Positions 1-13,805 of a stretch of 64,000 nucleotides of DNA are shown here, one piece after another. Made by a program: the position numbers and the translations under genes. Numbering within the stretch: position 1 is the first letter of the stretch; every line of letters starts with the position of its first letter. Under the pieces are notes generated by a model. The model saw nothing but the letters and a program-made list of their open reading frames with translations. It was not told the DNA's origin and did no database searches. This DNA is from Trichinella spiralis (taxonomy: Eukaryota): assembly GCF_000181795.1 (NCBI RefSeq), contig NW_003526941.1, forward strand, positions 4,684,425 to 4,748,424, in the 5' to 3' direction.

Positions 1-60
1 AAATTTGCATATTGCAATACGAGTGAGTATAAAGAATCATAGGCTTATATAGAATCCACC

Positions 61-70
61 NNNNNNNNNN
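61..70. other. Assembly gap (10 N)
   Basis: Run of N bases. Confidence 0.99.
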
Positions 71-90
71 TAGTGCCATGGGCATAGCTG

Positions 91-245
91 GAGGGAATAT
101 AGCAAATTTTTATTTGCCCTGGGGCATAGCCTGGGGCGAAAGCCTGGGGCTATTTTTTAAAAATTTCGAAATTTTTGGAATTTTGCCTGAGGCATAGCCT
201 GGGGCGTAGCCGGAGGGCAAAGTAAAAATTTGCATATTGCCCCCA
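91..245. repeat. Imperfect inverted repeat (~30-bp arms) enclosing GGCATAGCCTGGGGC direct repeats; possible MITE or transposon end
   Basis: Reverse complement of 91-120 (agggcaaataaaaatttgctatattccc) resembles 214-245 (agggcaaagtaaaaatttgcatattgccc). GCATAGCCTGGGGC occurs at ~124 and ~192. AAATTTGCATATTGC occurs at 1, ~226 and ~256. Confidence 0.55.
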
Positions 246-319
246 AGTGTATTAAAAATTTGCATATTGCATAAAATAGATCGCCTCAGGCATCTGTATA
301 CATTGGTTGCATCAGCCTG

Positions 320-656
320 TGCCTTCACCCTGTTCACTACTTACCTTCTCACTTGTCACTTACCTTCACCCTGTTCACTACTTACCTTCTCACTTGCACT
401 TACCTTCACCCTGTTCACTTACCTTCACCCTGTTCACTACTTACCTTCTCTCTTGTACTTACCTTCATCTTGTACACAACTTACCTTCTGACTTGTACTT
501 ACCTTCACCTTGTACACAACTTACCTTCTGACTTGTACTTACCTTCATCTTGTACACAACTTACCTTCTGACTTGTACTTACCTTCATCTTGTACACAAC
601 TTACCTTCTCACTTATACTTACCTTCATCTTGTACAATACTTACCGAACTTACCTT
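320..656. repeat. Tandem minisatellite, ~40-bp higher-order unit (18+22-bp subunits sharing ACTTACCTTC)
   Basis: ttaccttctgacttgtac+ttaccttcaccttgtacacaac-type unit repeats with period 40 at 481/521/561; degenerate copies flank it. Confidence 0.95.
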
Positions 657-2865
657 TGCATTCACGAACTTCACATTTTCCTATAATGTCTGCTTAGACT
701 TATTTTTAAACATTCCGTTATAGGCAACAAGGCTAAGTAAACAGCCATGTTGCCTTCAACTGAATGTCGGAATCTGTATCTAAACTATTCTTGCCTAAAC
801 GTACCTGAAAAATTGAAGCAAACTTTACAATTAACGTACGCAGTATGCAAAAGTTAAAAGCTTACTGATCTGCTTCAGACTGACTGAGCATCAACTGATG
901 GCAGGCCTTCGCCCTGTGTAAAGTGTAAAAATTTAAAACAACCGCATGTTCAATAACGCATAGTTAGTTACCAAAGAATGCACCAATTTCATCTAAATTT
1001 TGAACAAACTTATTTGCAGTGTTGTGAAATGTAAAAGCATGTTAAATAAAACTGATACAAAACAGCCACATATACAAATATGCAAAAAAATTACTTCTTA
1101 CATTTGTTGGTTATTCAGTTGCAGCTGCAGGCTAAAGCATTCAACTAAACATTCTTAGTCTGTGATAAGCCACACGACATCACTGTCACTCATCAAAATA
1201 AACAGAACGGCTACTTATTAATTTGTTGTTTATTAATTGGCACTTTCGAACCGCACTGATGGCAACTCACACTACCAAATTTATAGAATACACACGGACA
1301 TCAGCGCAAATCTGTATTCACGATCTGCTGTTATTAGAAATTATAATTACAATTTTATTACAATTAATGTTATTACAATTAACAAACTTACAATAACTAA
1401 CAATTATACAAACTTACAATAAGGGAAACCACACCGATCATTGTATCATTACTGGGTAATGCCAGTATACCAACTTCAACTGACGCAGAGCGCCATCAGT
1501 ATGAAGACATATCTTGTGGATGTGGATGATGCATTGCATTCCTATAATAGGCAAAAGCTGTACTTACGTATTTTTGTGATAGCACATTTAGAACGCATTG
1601 ATATAAACTTGACAAACCAATTTCGCCAGAGCGACAGGAATTAGAAAACGGTTCAATTATGATGACGTAGGCTAATTCAATAAAGCATTGATTTACAAAA
1701 TTTCTGATAAATAGTGTTATATAAACAGAATATTCTTTCCCTTCACTCTTACCAGAAATATAGTTGTAAATACAGTTGCTGCACTGCAGTAAATATAGTT
1801 GTACACCTAAAAAACAACACTTCCAATGCAGTATTGAAACTTCAAACTTAATAAAGTCAAACATAACCAATCTACGTTATCACTTATATGATGCCGATGT
1901 GGAATTGATGGCGTAGCCAACATACAATCTGTTTCCGGAAATCAAAATGATGGCAAACAAACAGCAGGGCGAAATTATGATGCACAGTTACCACATACAG
2001 ATACTTTTCATAATCTGGTTATTACATTACATAACATCTGATCATAATGATGAATAATGAAAGTTGAAATTTTCTGAAAAGTAATTAATAAAGTGTAATA
2101 TAAGTTGAAACAACTTCTGTATCTGAAACATCTGTAAAACTGTATTTCCAATGAAATTTCAAATCTTGAAGTTATTCAAATCAAGGCCACCCAATCTACA
2201 ATATTATCAACATGTTTTAATTGTGCGCTGCAGTTAAGATTCAAGTGATGTGGAGTTGAACGCATAACAGATCTACAATCTAAATTTCACTGAATAATTT
2301 CAAAAAACTGTGCAAAATTATAATAATGCATATTTACCATATTCACTAATTTTTCAGAATGTCTTTGTTTGTTTCTTTGTGTTTGATCATTGATATGAAT
2401 ATAATATAAATTCTGAAAGTGAATTATATTAATGCCGTCATCTAAAAATAAAAAACGGAAATACGAACTTCATGGTCTTCAACATCTGATGTATCTGAAA
2501 GTTAGTAATAACAACACGAAAAAGAGACCTGTCAGTTTCCATTCACCATATTAGTAAAGTAACATGCATAGCATACCACCACCAAAATATCAAATCCAAC
2601 TTACCACTATTTCCTTGTTCGTTCTGAAGAGCGGAAATATAGTTGACAAAGCGCCTGACGGACAGCAATCCAGTGAACAGAATAACCTAAAGTAATCAAA
2701 GTACTCTGATTAAACGTATAATAAGTAAATTATGCAAATGACTATTTACTTTGCCTCCGGAAGAACAACCTAATTCGCCATCAGTAATAGCGCAGTGCAA
2801 TGAATTTTATGAACAACGTTACTAAACGAGACGATGAAATTTATTACGTTTTTATTTACACACTT

Positions 2866-2950
2866 CATATTACTACGTAAGATTGCATTACTACGTAATA
2901 TTGCACTATTACGTAATATTGCATTACTACGTAATAGTGCATTATTATGC
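2866..2950. repeat. 18-bp tandem repeat (~5 copies, attgcattactacgtaat)
   Basis: Direct inspection; explains the LRSNAI repeat in the 2770..2952 ORF. Confidence 0.9.
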
Positions 2951-3659
2951 AAATTTGATGAGCTGAATTTAGCTGATTGAAAGTATGAGTTGATAGAATA
3001 ATGTACGAATATTGTATTTCTACAAATCAGAATTAGATTTATAGTAAAACTGAAAGCAGTTTAGAAAATAAAATGAATTTTCCGATTTATAAAAAAAATA
3101 GATTTAATTTTCTAATGATAATAATTACCACAGGAATTATGTAACGTTTAGTCAAATTAAAAACAAGCAGATTTTCATGAACAACGCATTCAATATATTT
3201 ATGGAGAGTAGTTAAATTGGATGAGAATAACAATAATTACAATTCATACTTGGAAATAACATAGAATCAATCACCCAACAAATAGCTATTAAAAACAAAA
3301 AGCTTCATGTAGATCTCTAAAAATGAATATTCATGAAATAGAAACAATACATTTGTCATTAAAAATGTTATTGAAACTGCCGCAACATCCCGGCCAGGAA
3401 TTTGAAAGTGTTTGAAAAAAAATTGTACCAGAAGCAAATTTTTCAGAACCATTTGTAACCCGCAAAACATTACTACTAGCCAGCAAACGAATGTTTATTC
3501 TGCTTCTCCGTAAACAATCTTCGGATTATAAAATTTGCATTTCATCTCTAACATCACACTTACTTTTACTACACCTTTATGTAAATTTTTTTTAAACTTC
3601 AAACACAAATGCCAATACCAATTCAACGTAATAATTAATAATAAAAATCTTTTATAATG

Positions 3660-3692
3660 TTATATCATATATATATATATATATTTCAATAT

Positions 3693-3726
<34 letters not shown>
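3660..3726. repeat. Interrupted (TA)n microsatellite
   Basis: Direct inspection. Confidence 0.95.
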
Positions 3727-3727
<1 letters not shown>

Positions 3728-6700
3728 GACAGATCACATCAGCTAAGCGCAGTTCATTCAGCTCGAAATAGTGGGGAGGAGTGGGTAGAATTTTCAATTG
3801 AGCGCGATCTCCGTTCAAGTTAAAATCATTAAGAACCGTATGCTGGAAATCATTAGACGGGAAAGCAAGGCGGGACAACAAAAGAGGAAGGAAGGAGGGA
3901 GAACTTGCAGGATGGAGGGGGTGAAAGTTGTCAGATTGTGAATCACGTTCCTTCACTCAACCTTCACGGAAAATAATCAGGCGTTCCTTCATTTATCAAT
4001 AATGACAACATTAATGGAGATATTGAGTTATTTTCTCAATGATAAAAAACAGTGGGATCTATAAGTCTGTGCTATTGGCAATACAATGGCATCATAGGGT
4101 CTTAAGGATGAAGTGAACGTTACTGCCATTCTGAAAGCTTCAAGAAAGGTGGTTAAAACTGTTTTCTAGCTAACAGCAACTTTCCCATGTCATGCTGAAA
4201 CAATCCTGTTCGCAAATTGATCAGTTTAGAGCATTTAGGATTGTGATTTCTCTATCCCGGTGACAGACAGTTCCATTAAACAGTTGGCCAAGTATTTTAC
4301 CTCAGCAGTAAATATCACAGAAGGGATTAAAGATAATGTGGGAGTGGTTCAACGACTATGTCAATACTATTTTACAAATGCATTTGCAAGGACTATTGAG
4401 AATTATAGATCTATATATCATTACTACTATATGTTACGGCTGGAAATTGTCGTGTCTGTAATAAAGTATTGATTATTAATTGAACATCATTACAGAAAAA
4501 AGCGCGTTAGGTTACATTCAAAAAATTAAACTTAAACAATTACAGCAAGATGTAAAAGCGGGCATGCTTAGCGAATCGTGGGAAAAGACGGAACGAAAAC
4601 AAAGTATAAAAAACAGCAAGTATGTAAAAATTCATACCTGTTAGCAGGACTGCCTGAGCCATACATTTTTCCAACTGAGTTTCCTGATTTCATCAGTTTC
4701 ACAATCTCAACGTATTTGTTGAAGTGAAGCACCAAAATGACCAAATAACGCAATGCAGTGAGTAATTAGAACGTTCCTCAGCAACGAATAATTAAATAAT
4801 AGTGCAGTTCTCTCAATAAACAGAAATTTATATAAGGAAAATCACTTCCGGGTTTGGATGGCACAAAGTGCACGTAGCAAAATGCCATCGGCAGTGTTCA
4901 CCTTCATTCACATTAGCATAAACATACTCTTCTGACCTACAAATGCATGTATGCTTTGTAAACGTAAGATAATGTAATGGGCTAGCAACAAAAACTATAA
5001 TAATTGTTGAACAACAACAAAATCCTCAATACGTTACACATGAAAGTCTCTATCTCAAAAAATATTATGACGTAATTAAAAGAAGCATAAAAAACCGTAA
5101 CTTAAATGAAACTGAACGGCAACGTTAATCGTACGTAAATTAAACAACAATCAACTATTAGTGTATGATCGCTGCCTAAGCATGCAATAATAGTCAACAG
5201 GATAATAATACTTTGCAATGAATACCATTTTCAGCAGAGTTAACTTATTAATTTCAAAGAACAGACTGTTTAGTTATCATTTAGCAGTTATATATTCAAT
5301 ATCTATTTCAAGCATTTTTACAATGTCATTCAATAAAAAAACTGTAACTTACAAAAATAGTCAACCTCCCATCATTTGGAGATATACATTTTTCGAAGAG
5401 TTGCACAACGTGATCGACCATACTGAATATAAATGATGTTGCTTGTCAGGCTTCCTTTGAAATCGTCTTTTATTCTGATGTTGCACGACACCATCCGCCT
5501 ACAAATATTCCAAAATCAACCCTACAACAAAATTTAGAATTCATGAATTGATGCAAATTCAAATCATACACAACATGATCATCGATGAGTTACGCTTTAC
5601 GATTAATATTTGATTTTCTTTTCGTAAATGCAAATTTGCATGAAGATTGTACTAAACATGTAGTACGCCTACTTTTTGTTATTCTCAGCAAACAATCTCT
5701 ACGTCCGTTGATGCAAAATCGAACAAACAACAAGAAATAAGATAGAACTTTACAATATTAACGATAATATTGCTTCGCACATCTAGAAGCGATTGGATAG
5801 CCCAAATAAAGTATATTAAATAAGGTTATTATTAAAGTTTTAAAGCAGAAGTTAAGTCAAATTACTTCATAATTATTAGGCGCGTCTCATTAACATGCAA
5901 ATTTTCATTCTTTCATTGCTTTCCCGTTTGTTTGCTTAGCAACTATAGGTCGCTAGAAACGTCGCCATCTATCTAATACATAAAAAACCTTAATTTGAAA
6001 AGCTTATTTTTCAGCAATGTAATGGTATTTGGCAATGGGAAATCACGTAATTGTTATTATTGTGATGTTACATCATATATATTGTTTTTAGCATGATTTT
6101 AGATTAACAGTCGTGAAAATTCTTACTTGCCTAATGTAATGAAAAGCAGGCGCAGTAAGACCGATTTACCAGAAAATGCATGCAAAGTTTTGTTATACTA
6201 CTATGCACACGCTTACGTGGTTTGTGATTCAATGGGTGTTGGCGTACGGTAGGCTGGGAGAGTGCATTGATGTGGAATTGGAATATTGAATCTATTAATA
6301 AGATAATAAATACATTAAATGACGACCCTGCAAAATTGAAATTGTTTTAAAACCTATTTCATCAGTTTTTATAGAAAATATAAAATCAATCAAAATCTTT
6401 AAAAGTGCAATGCAAGTTCAAAATTAACCGTAATTCATTTCAAATGCAAATCAAGTAAATTCATAATAAATGTTTTTTATTGAACAATAAGTAGAAATAA
6501 CAAGAGATAATGCAGTAGAAAATTCTTGACATCAATTGTAAAAATACGAAAAGTATGCAAATTAAATACAGGCCCTCAAAATGTACAGTAATATTAAGTG
6601 TAATGTATGACAGCAATATCGCTATACATTAGGCTTTGAGAACAGAGTCATCGTAGGTGACAGACTTCAGATAGTAAGCATCTATGCCATCTATTTTGGA

Positions 6701-7288
6701 ATACGTATTTGGCAGTTCAGAATCTACTATTCGCCATGAAGCGAAATCTGGGCAGAAACCGAGGATGGAAGGCACGGGGGCTTTCGAGACAGAGAATCCT
6801 TATGCCCAAGTAATAGGGCAGTGGTTGGGCACAAATGAGGCGGAACATGCGGTACGTAGGGGTAGCCACCGCAAACAAGAAGCTTTGAGAAACAAAATGC
6901 TAAAAACATTTACGAAAAAACAAAAGTAATCAAAAGAAATTGAGTAATCTACCCTTCCCTGTGTAAAGTTGGAAAAATCACGGTGTCAGGAAAAAAGTGG
7001 CAACCGCTAAACCCCTGGCCTTTTGGACATAGCTCCCTTAAAAACCGAGAGAAAATGCGAAAACTTCCACCAGTGAATTGAGCATGCAGAACCAACATTA
7101 TCTCCCTTCACCTGAACCCTAAGTCCTCACGCTTCCAAAGTGGGGTCCATGGCATGGCCGTCATCGGTGAAAAAGAATGCAACATTGGGCTGCTGTTATG
7201 TCTGTACGTGTTGTAATGACATATATTAATTGCGTCTTTGTAATGAAGAATCTTTGTCTCGACATCAGAAATTGCAGGACAATAATTC

Positions 7289-7750
7289 AAACAAATTTAA
7301 ATGAAAAACAAAAAATGTGCAAAAGAATGATACCAAAGATTGAAGTGATGTGAAAAATTAAAAGAAAATGTAAAGAAAGTAAAACATCTTGATTGATAAA
7401 AAATAAAGGTGGTGAAAAATATGGTGAATAATTTTGTATTATATTGAAAAAACAATGAGCGGCATGCTCAACAAATATCAAAAATATGTAACAAGCAAAC
7501 AGCAATTTTAATGTAACGAGCAAACAATTTTAAATGAAAATTAAAAAAACTGAACAAAGGAATGAAACGAAAGTGCGAAAAGCTTTGAAAAATCAAAAGA
7601 AAATTGAAAGAAAATAAAGCATCTTGATTGATAAAATACAAAAGGAGGCATAATATGGTAAAGAATATTGAATTCCATTGAAAAAGCAATGAGCAACATG
7701 CTCAACAAATATCACAAAAATGTAACAAAGAAAAGATGAAAGTAACATAA
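7289..7750. repeat. Diverged tandem duplication, ~235-bp unit x2
   Basis: catcttgattgataaaa at 7385 and 7620; catgctcaacaaatatca at 7463 and 7697. Confidence 0.85.
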
Positions 7751-9290
7751 GTGAATGAAGATGAAAACCATTCAAATGTTTAGTCACCACAACTGACCAG
7801 TGTTCACATCCATCTCGACCATTGATGGTAGCCATTCCATTTGGCACATCTTCTCCGTGAGTTGCTTATTACGGTTTGTTACATGTTTACGAATTTGTAT
7901 GCAATGTATCATGAGTCGCTATGTTTTAAATTAATGTAAAAATAAAGAAGTAAAAGAATAACAAATAGTAATCTTTGAAAAGAAAATCAAAATATAAAAG
8001 AACATATAATAAGAGTTTTTAACAAAAGAAAGAATCATTTTCTAAATTGGTAGAATAAAAATAATTCAATTAATAAAAACAATATAAAGAAGATGCATAT
8101 CTTGAAATTAAGCTAAGCGTTAAATGGAAATAAATAAAAGTTAACAAACAAAAAAAATCTAAAAATATTGCGACTTATAAAAATAATTGCATAAAAAGAT
8201 TTTGTGCGGCAAAGCCTGAACCCTGCATTAAATCAAAACTCAGCCATGTAAGGTTTGTCATTAACTTAATTGTAGAAACTGACAAGTGAATTCTAAAACC
8301 TACATAAACAGTATTATTTAATTCTGTTTGCTAATTTACAATCTTAATATATATTTTCATCATTGCCTTTTAATAAATTATAAAATAAGTGAAAAAAAAT
8401 GCAACTTACCCAAATACATGTTCACCTCGTTCAGGTTTGCCTTCTCTTTGTCCAGTCGAAAATTATGATGAGCAATTTTCAAAAAATGGAAATAAAATAA
8501 GCATATGAAACAAATCAGTTTCTTCAACAGCAATAGCAGGCTATCGAGTAGCACATAAAGTGCAAATAACCGATCGGAATATCACACAATTACGACTGCT
8601 TTCAGAATGCTGTATAAAAGAACCACAGTAGAATCGAATAGCTAACGTGGACGCAGTAACCGATATAGCGGTGTATGAAAAAAGTGAACTGCTGTATTAT
8701 GGAAAATCACTGACGGCGGAGTAATAGTCGCCGTGCACGATAAAACTGAAATGCTGCGCCCCAGATAATAAGCCGTTGCGCAGTAATGTGCGTTGTACAT
8801 TATGCAAATTTTTTTCGACATAGCAAATACGTAAGCACGATGAAAATGAATTGCAGCGCAATATATTGCATACTATAGATTCCGTTTCGTGTGTTAAATT
8901 TCAACTGTGTTGCTTCATAATCTGCGGGAAAATTTATACCAAACATACACTAACTAATGTAGTGCGTGCCGTTTCTAAACTATGACAATCGTTTTGCAAT
9001 AAGTTTTTCTTTTTAATGATAAAATTGTTACTTTTTGTCCATTCATACAACACAAGTCCATTGTTGATTGTTGTTCTGTCTGGTTGGTTGGTTAGACATC
9101 CCGGCCGATATGCCATACCGCCCGCTAATCATGCTCCTGATCACCGTACAGTTTTAGTTACAAGAAAGACATTGTCTAAGAGAAAAGCTTTATTCAAAGA
9201 AACAGCACTGGCTCTCACCGATGCATTTTACAGATTACATTCCGAACATGTACGCGAAGAATTTGCCAGAAAGTACTGATCAATTGCAAT

Positions 9291-10393
9291 TTACCAATAC
9301 GGATACAGCTGCTGATGGTTTATCAGTTTTGACCAAAAAGAAGAATCTGCACTGAGCGCTGGCCAAAATGCGTCCGGAAATGGAGCAATGAACGGTGTGC
9401 GAATTTCTTTAGCCGACGTCACATTCCGACAGGATCCTTTGTGCATTATTCGAGCCGTGGATATTCCAAGTCTTCTCTCTTGACACCACATTTTATCAAA
9501 GTCGCAAAGATTTCTATGTGTACGTCCTTTACTGTCGCAAATGGTAATATCCCGCTGTTGTGATGATCGCCCATGGCACCGTGTCACGCAACAAGGCCCC
9601 TCTTGTTTGAATGTCACTTCGATACCGTAACTAAATGGAAAGAAAAGCATTGCTTTTTGTTTTCAACAAAACGTTAACAAACTGTGGAATAAGCATACGC
9701 TAATTTCAAATAACACTGTTCCCGCTTGAATAGACATCGGTTTTTGTGCGTTTTGCCGTAAGAATCACAAACAGGCTGTTCATAATACGGACACGGCTTG
9801 CTGCACGGACACACGTTTGCTTTTTCTTAAAACGCACTGTGTATTTTGAAATTTGCATCTCGTGAGAGCTCAGAATTCATTTTTCAAAATTTCCACAAAA
9901 CTTACTAATAATCTGCCTGTGTTTTTTCCAAACAACACATTGCTCGTTTTCAAAATGACACTGATTTCGATATATACGTCCTCTTAGATCACAGACTGGC
10001 AACGCATTCGCAGCGCACGGTCGTTCTTGGCAGCAGAATCCATCGTAAGAATAAAGCAAACCTTCAAAAATGGATTCAGGTCGATTTTCATAATGGAACA
10101 ACAATTTGGAATTCAAAAAAAAAAAAACTTCAACCATCTAAATGCTTTTGATTGCAAGCCAACGTGCATAAATTTCGGTAAACATAGCTTTGGCCTCGGT
10201 GCTTGCCGCAAACAGGCTGCAGATGCTTTGAACACAAACAACGTTCATCAGTTTCATCAGCTAATGGAAAATCCATCGATAGTTGTGCATTACTAAATCG
10301 ACCGCTCTTTGGATCCCAGCCGACCAAACCAACTGCAACTGCAGAAAATATTACCGATAACATCAAAGTGTTAAAAAAAACAATTTCCCTCAT
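9291..10393 (-). CDS. Secreted four-domain Kazal-type serine protease inhibitor (4 exons: 10393-10135, 10061-9906, 9825-9699, 9630-9291)
   Basis: Hydrophobic N-terminus. GT-AG introns join in frame four six-Cys units: CSKHLQPVCG..YRNLC, CAANALPVCD..YRNQC, CPYYEQPVCD..HKNRC, CHG..ICD..HRNLC. AATAAA lies ~95 nt past the stop. Confidence 0.88.
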
Positions 10394-12504
10394 CTTGCAT
10401 TCTTCAACTGTCAGCTTCAGTATATTAACAGAAAGTGTACTGCTGGTTTTGGATCACCAATTTCAGTAAACACGACACACATTATTCATTTCAACACCAA
10501 TTTCGAGTATCTCAGAAATAATACATCTAACGCTACTTTACAGCGGCACTTCAAATGACAAGTACACGACTGAAATTTACAATTCTTCACTATTCCTATT
10601 CTTCGAAAAGTCACGACATTAAAAATACCCATACTTTCATACATTCTGTAACGATGCATCATATTGATGCAGAACAGTCAAATTTTCACTCGAACATTTC
10701 ACCATCTAATCTGTACACGGACTGCTGCCGTTAGGCAACTCTCTAATTATTGAATTATTGTTTAGCTTCTACTGAAATGTTCAATAATTTTCTCACGTCC
10801 TGACACTTATTAGTTTCAATGTTAGACTAATGTAATATGTTCACACTTTATATAAACATATATATATTAATGTGAATAAAAGTTTAAACAATACTAACGT
10901 TTTCTTCAAGCATATAAAATGTTTTTAATGTAATAATAAACAAATAAGTACACATAAATAAATAACACATGCATATAATAGAACCTAAATATGCATTACA
11001 TGCTACATAAACGCTACTTAACTGCAATTTTTGTGACCCACATACTTTGTTTACTCAATTCCTCTAACGGGAAGCAATGAAAAGACAGGAAAACAATATG
11101 CATACAAACAGTCAGTGAAAAAGTTTGAAAAGTCAAAAGTAAAAGCCAGAAAAGATAGGCAAATGCGGTACAAATAAATGGAAAGTACTGAAAAAATTAG
11201 AAAACACAAATGACTGCCAAAAATGAAATAACGTCATATGCCAAAGTTAGCAGTTGATGGCCAGAAAATTAGGTAGTTAGTGATAAGGTAACGTACATGG
11301 CAATTAATTGAAATAAAACTATGTCGAAAAAATTCTTCATGAACAAATCAAATTTACAACAATAACATCGCAAATAGAAATAAATGATCAACACTTATGA
11401 ACAATGGTTAGGCAATTGCACTGAAAATGACCAATTTTTATAATTGAAAAAAATCATTTAAAATAATAGTAATATTTTTTAAATTTTATTAAACAAAAAC
11501 TTGAATTTCGACTTCAACATATAATTTTCGTAAAACTGCAGTGTGATTCATAATATTTTTGCAAGTAATACAGAAATACAAAAAAAACCATATATTCCTC
11601 ACAAGCAAATCCTAAAGTTTGTTAATGGAAACATTCAAAATACTGATCACACACAACTGAGAAATAATTTTCACTTGGTGGTGAATACGTTTAGTTTCTT
11701 TAAAATTAAATTTCTTAGCACCGTCAATATTGAATTTATACAAATTTAGCCTTGATTGTCAAAAAATACAGTAAGATTTTATTTTTTTAACATACTTGCA
11801 AATGTTTACAGATTCGCTTTACTGATTTAGTCGAAAGAACATTTTTGCATATTAATGAACGATCATGCACAGGTACCTCATTAAATGATGATTTCAATCT
11901 GTGAGAAAATTTTCCAATTTGCTACATTTTCAACAAAATAACATGCTCCTACTTGTTGTTTTCTTCTCTCATTGATGTTTTCCTTTTCCTTCTTGCAGCG
12001 TAACGGATACTTTCTTCGATGGGTGATATTAAGTTTTCAAACTGTTTGTTCTTTTCTTTTTTCTCTGAACAACATTTTGAACAAATGCGACGCAACGACG
12101 TTCAACGTTGAAACGACATTCTTCTTCTAGGTTTATTCGATATTTAACGATATCATCATCGTAATAATTATTATTATTATTAGCAAGAAAAATGATCAAA
12201 CATTTGCAAATCGTTTAATTGTATAGAAAAAAATATCAATAATTTAACATACCTTGCTTGCTGTAACCAGTTTAGTTAACAGAGCCGTCGGTGTGATTCA
12301 AGTTGAAGGAAAGCTCTTTTCTCAAGAAGACATATCAATCAAATGCCAATGCCCAGACTGTACGCGTTCAAATTTATCGTTATTTAAACTTTTTTGCAGC
12401 ATACTTTTCTTCAACAATTCGATAATGCTCATTTTGTTGTTCATTTGATTGATGACAGCAATGAATGAATGAATGAATGAGTTGCGCTGCAATCATTTTT
12501 CAGC

Positions 12505-13648
12505 ATGCATCCAGAATTAATTCGCCATCTGCTAAGAAATCATAAAACTTTGTTTCGTCGTCATCTTCGGTCGCAACAACTGACTTACGCTGAACATGGC
12601 CATCCAGAACAGGTACTACAGCTGCGCAAAGTGAAAATACCATCCGCACTGCAGGCTGACCAAGTCCAATACAGCATGCTCGCAGCGAGCATCAATCCGG
12701 CGGATATCAATCAAATCCAAGGCGTTTATCCGCTGAATCCGAGTTTGCCGGCCGTGGGCGGCAACGAAGGTGTACTGCGTATCGAAGCGGTCGGCAGCGA
12801 GGTGACCAACCTCAGAGTCGGCGACTGGGCCATTCCGGCTCAAGCCGGCTTCGGCACTTGGCGAAACGTGGGCGTGGCAAATGCTAAAGACCTTTTGAAA
12901 ATTAACAACCAACTATCCGTGGCCGAGGCGGCCACGTTGGCCGTGAATCCGTCGACCGCTTATCGGATGCTTCAGGATTTTGTCCACTTGCAACCTGGCG
13001 ATGTAGTTTTACAAAATGGCGCCACGAGCGCTGTGGGCCAGAACGTCATCCAACTTTGCAAGCACTTCGGTTATACCAGTGTGAACATTATCCGCGACAA
13101 GTCGAACATTGTCGACTTGATCGACTATCTGAAAGAGCTCGGTGCCGATCACATTCTGACCGAAACCCAACTCAAGGTTGTGGTTCGTTTTTTTTATATT
13201 GTTGTTTTGATCAAAATTTTCATTCGTTCATTCATCGATTCAGGGTGAAGATGCTCAGATGCTTTTCAACAATATAGCTGCCCCGAAGTTGGGTTTGAAC
13301 TGCATTTCCGGTAGAAGTACAATATTTATCGCGGCCGCGTTATGCCCCAATGGAAAATTGGTTACTTACGGCGGCATGTCCAAACAGCCGTTACAAGTTC
13401 CCACTGGTGCGTTGATTTTCAAACGGATACAACTGCACGGATTTTGGATGTCGGCATGGAATGCACAGCAAAAGAACCAAACTGAACGTTTGCACATGTT
13501 GAACACGTTGACCGATTTGCTGCTTCAGCGGAAGCTTCGTGCGCCTCGATTAGAGATGATACCGTTCAAAGATTACAAACTCGCCATCAAGCAAGCTTGC
13601 GATGCTACTACTACTGCGAGAAAACAACTGCTAGTTTTCGAATCTTGA
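12505..13648 (+). CDS. MECR: Mitochondrial trans-2-enoyl-CoA/ACP reductase (2 exons, intron 13177-13243)
   Basis: INPADINQIQGVYP, VGGNEG, LAVNPSTAYRML, QNGATSAVGQ and LVTYGGMSKQP motifs; Arg-rich N-terminal targeting peptide. Confidence 0.93.
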
Positions 13649-13805
13649 ATACACAACTTAAAAAAACTATTTATTTCTTAGTCAACTGAACATATTACTC
13701 AATGAAACTGCACAAACTGAATGAATGAGAATATATGACCTGTATATTTTTTTCATTACAAATGTACGATAATGAGAGAAATAAATCTTTCGATGAATAA
13801 CTTGT

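Noticed and set aside
237..571. Three overlapping + strand ORFs with repetitive peptides
   Set aside because: Products of the minisatellite.
320..656. CRISPR-like periodicity
   Set aside because: Spacers are themselves repeated, context is eukaryotic and no cas genes are present.
700..5900. Scattered short ORFs and splice-like signals
   Set aside because: No coherent gene model or recognisable protein motif.
11880..12432. Exon-like minus-strand pieces upstream of MECR (e.g. EKKEKNKQFENLISPIEESIRYAARRKRK)
   Set aside because: Could not join them into a stop-free model; no recognised family.
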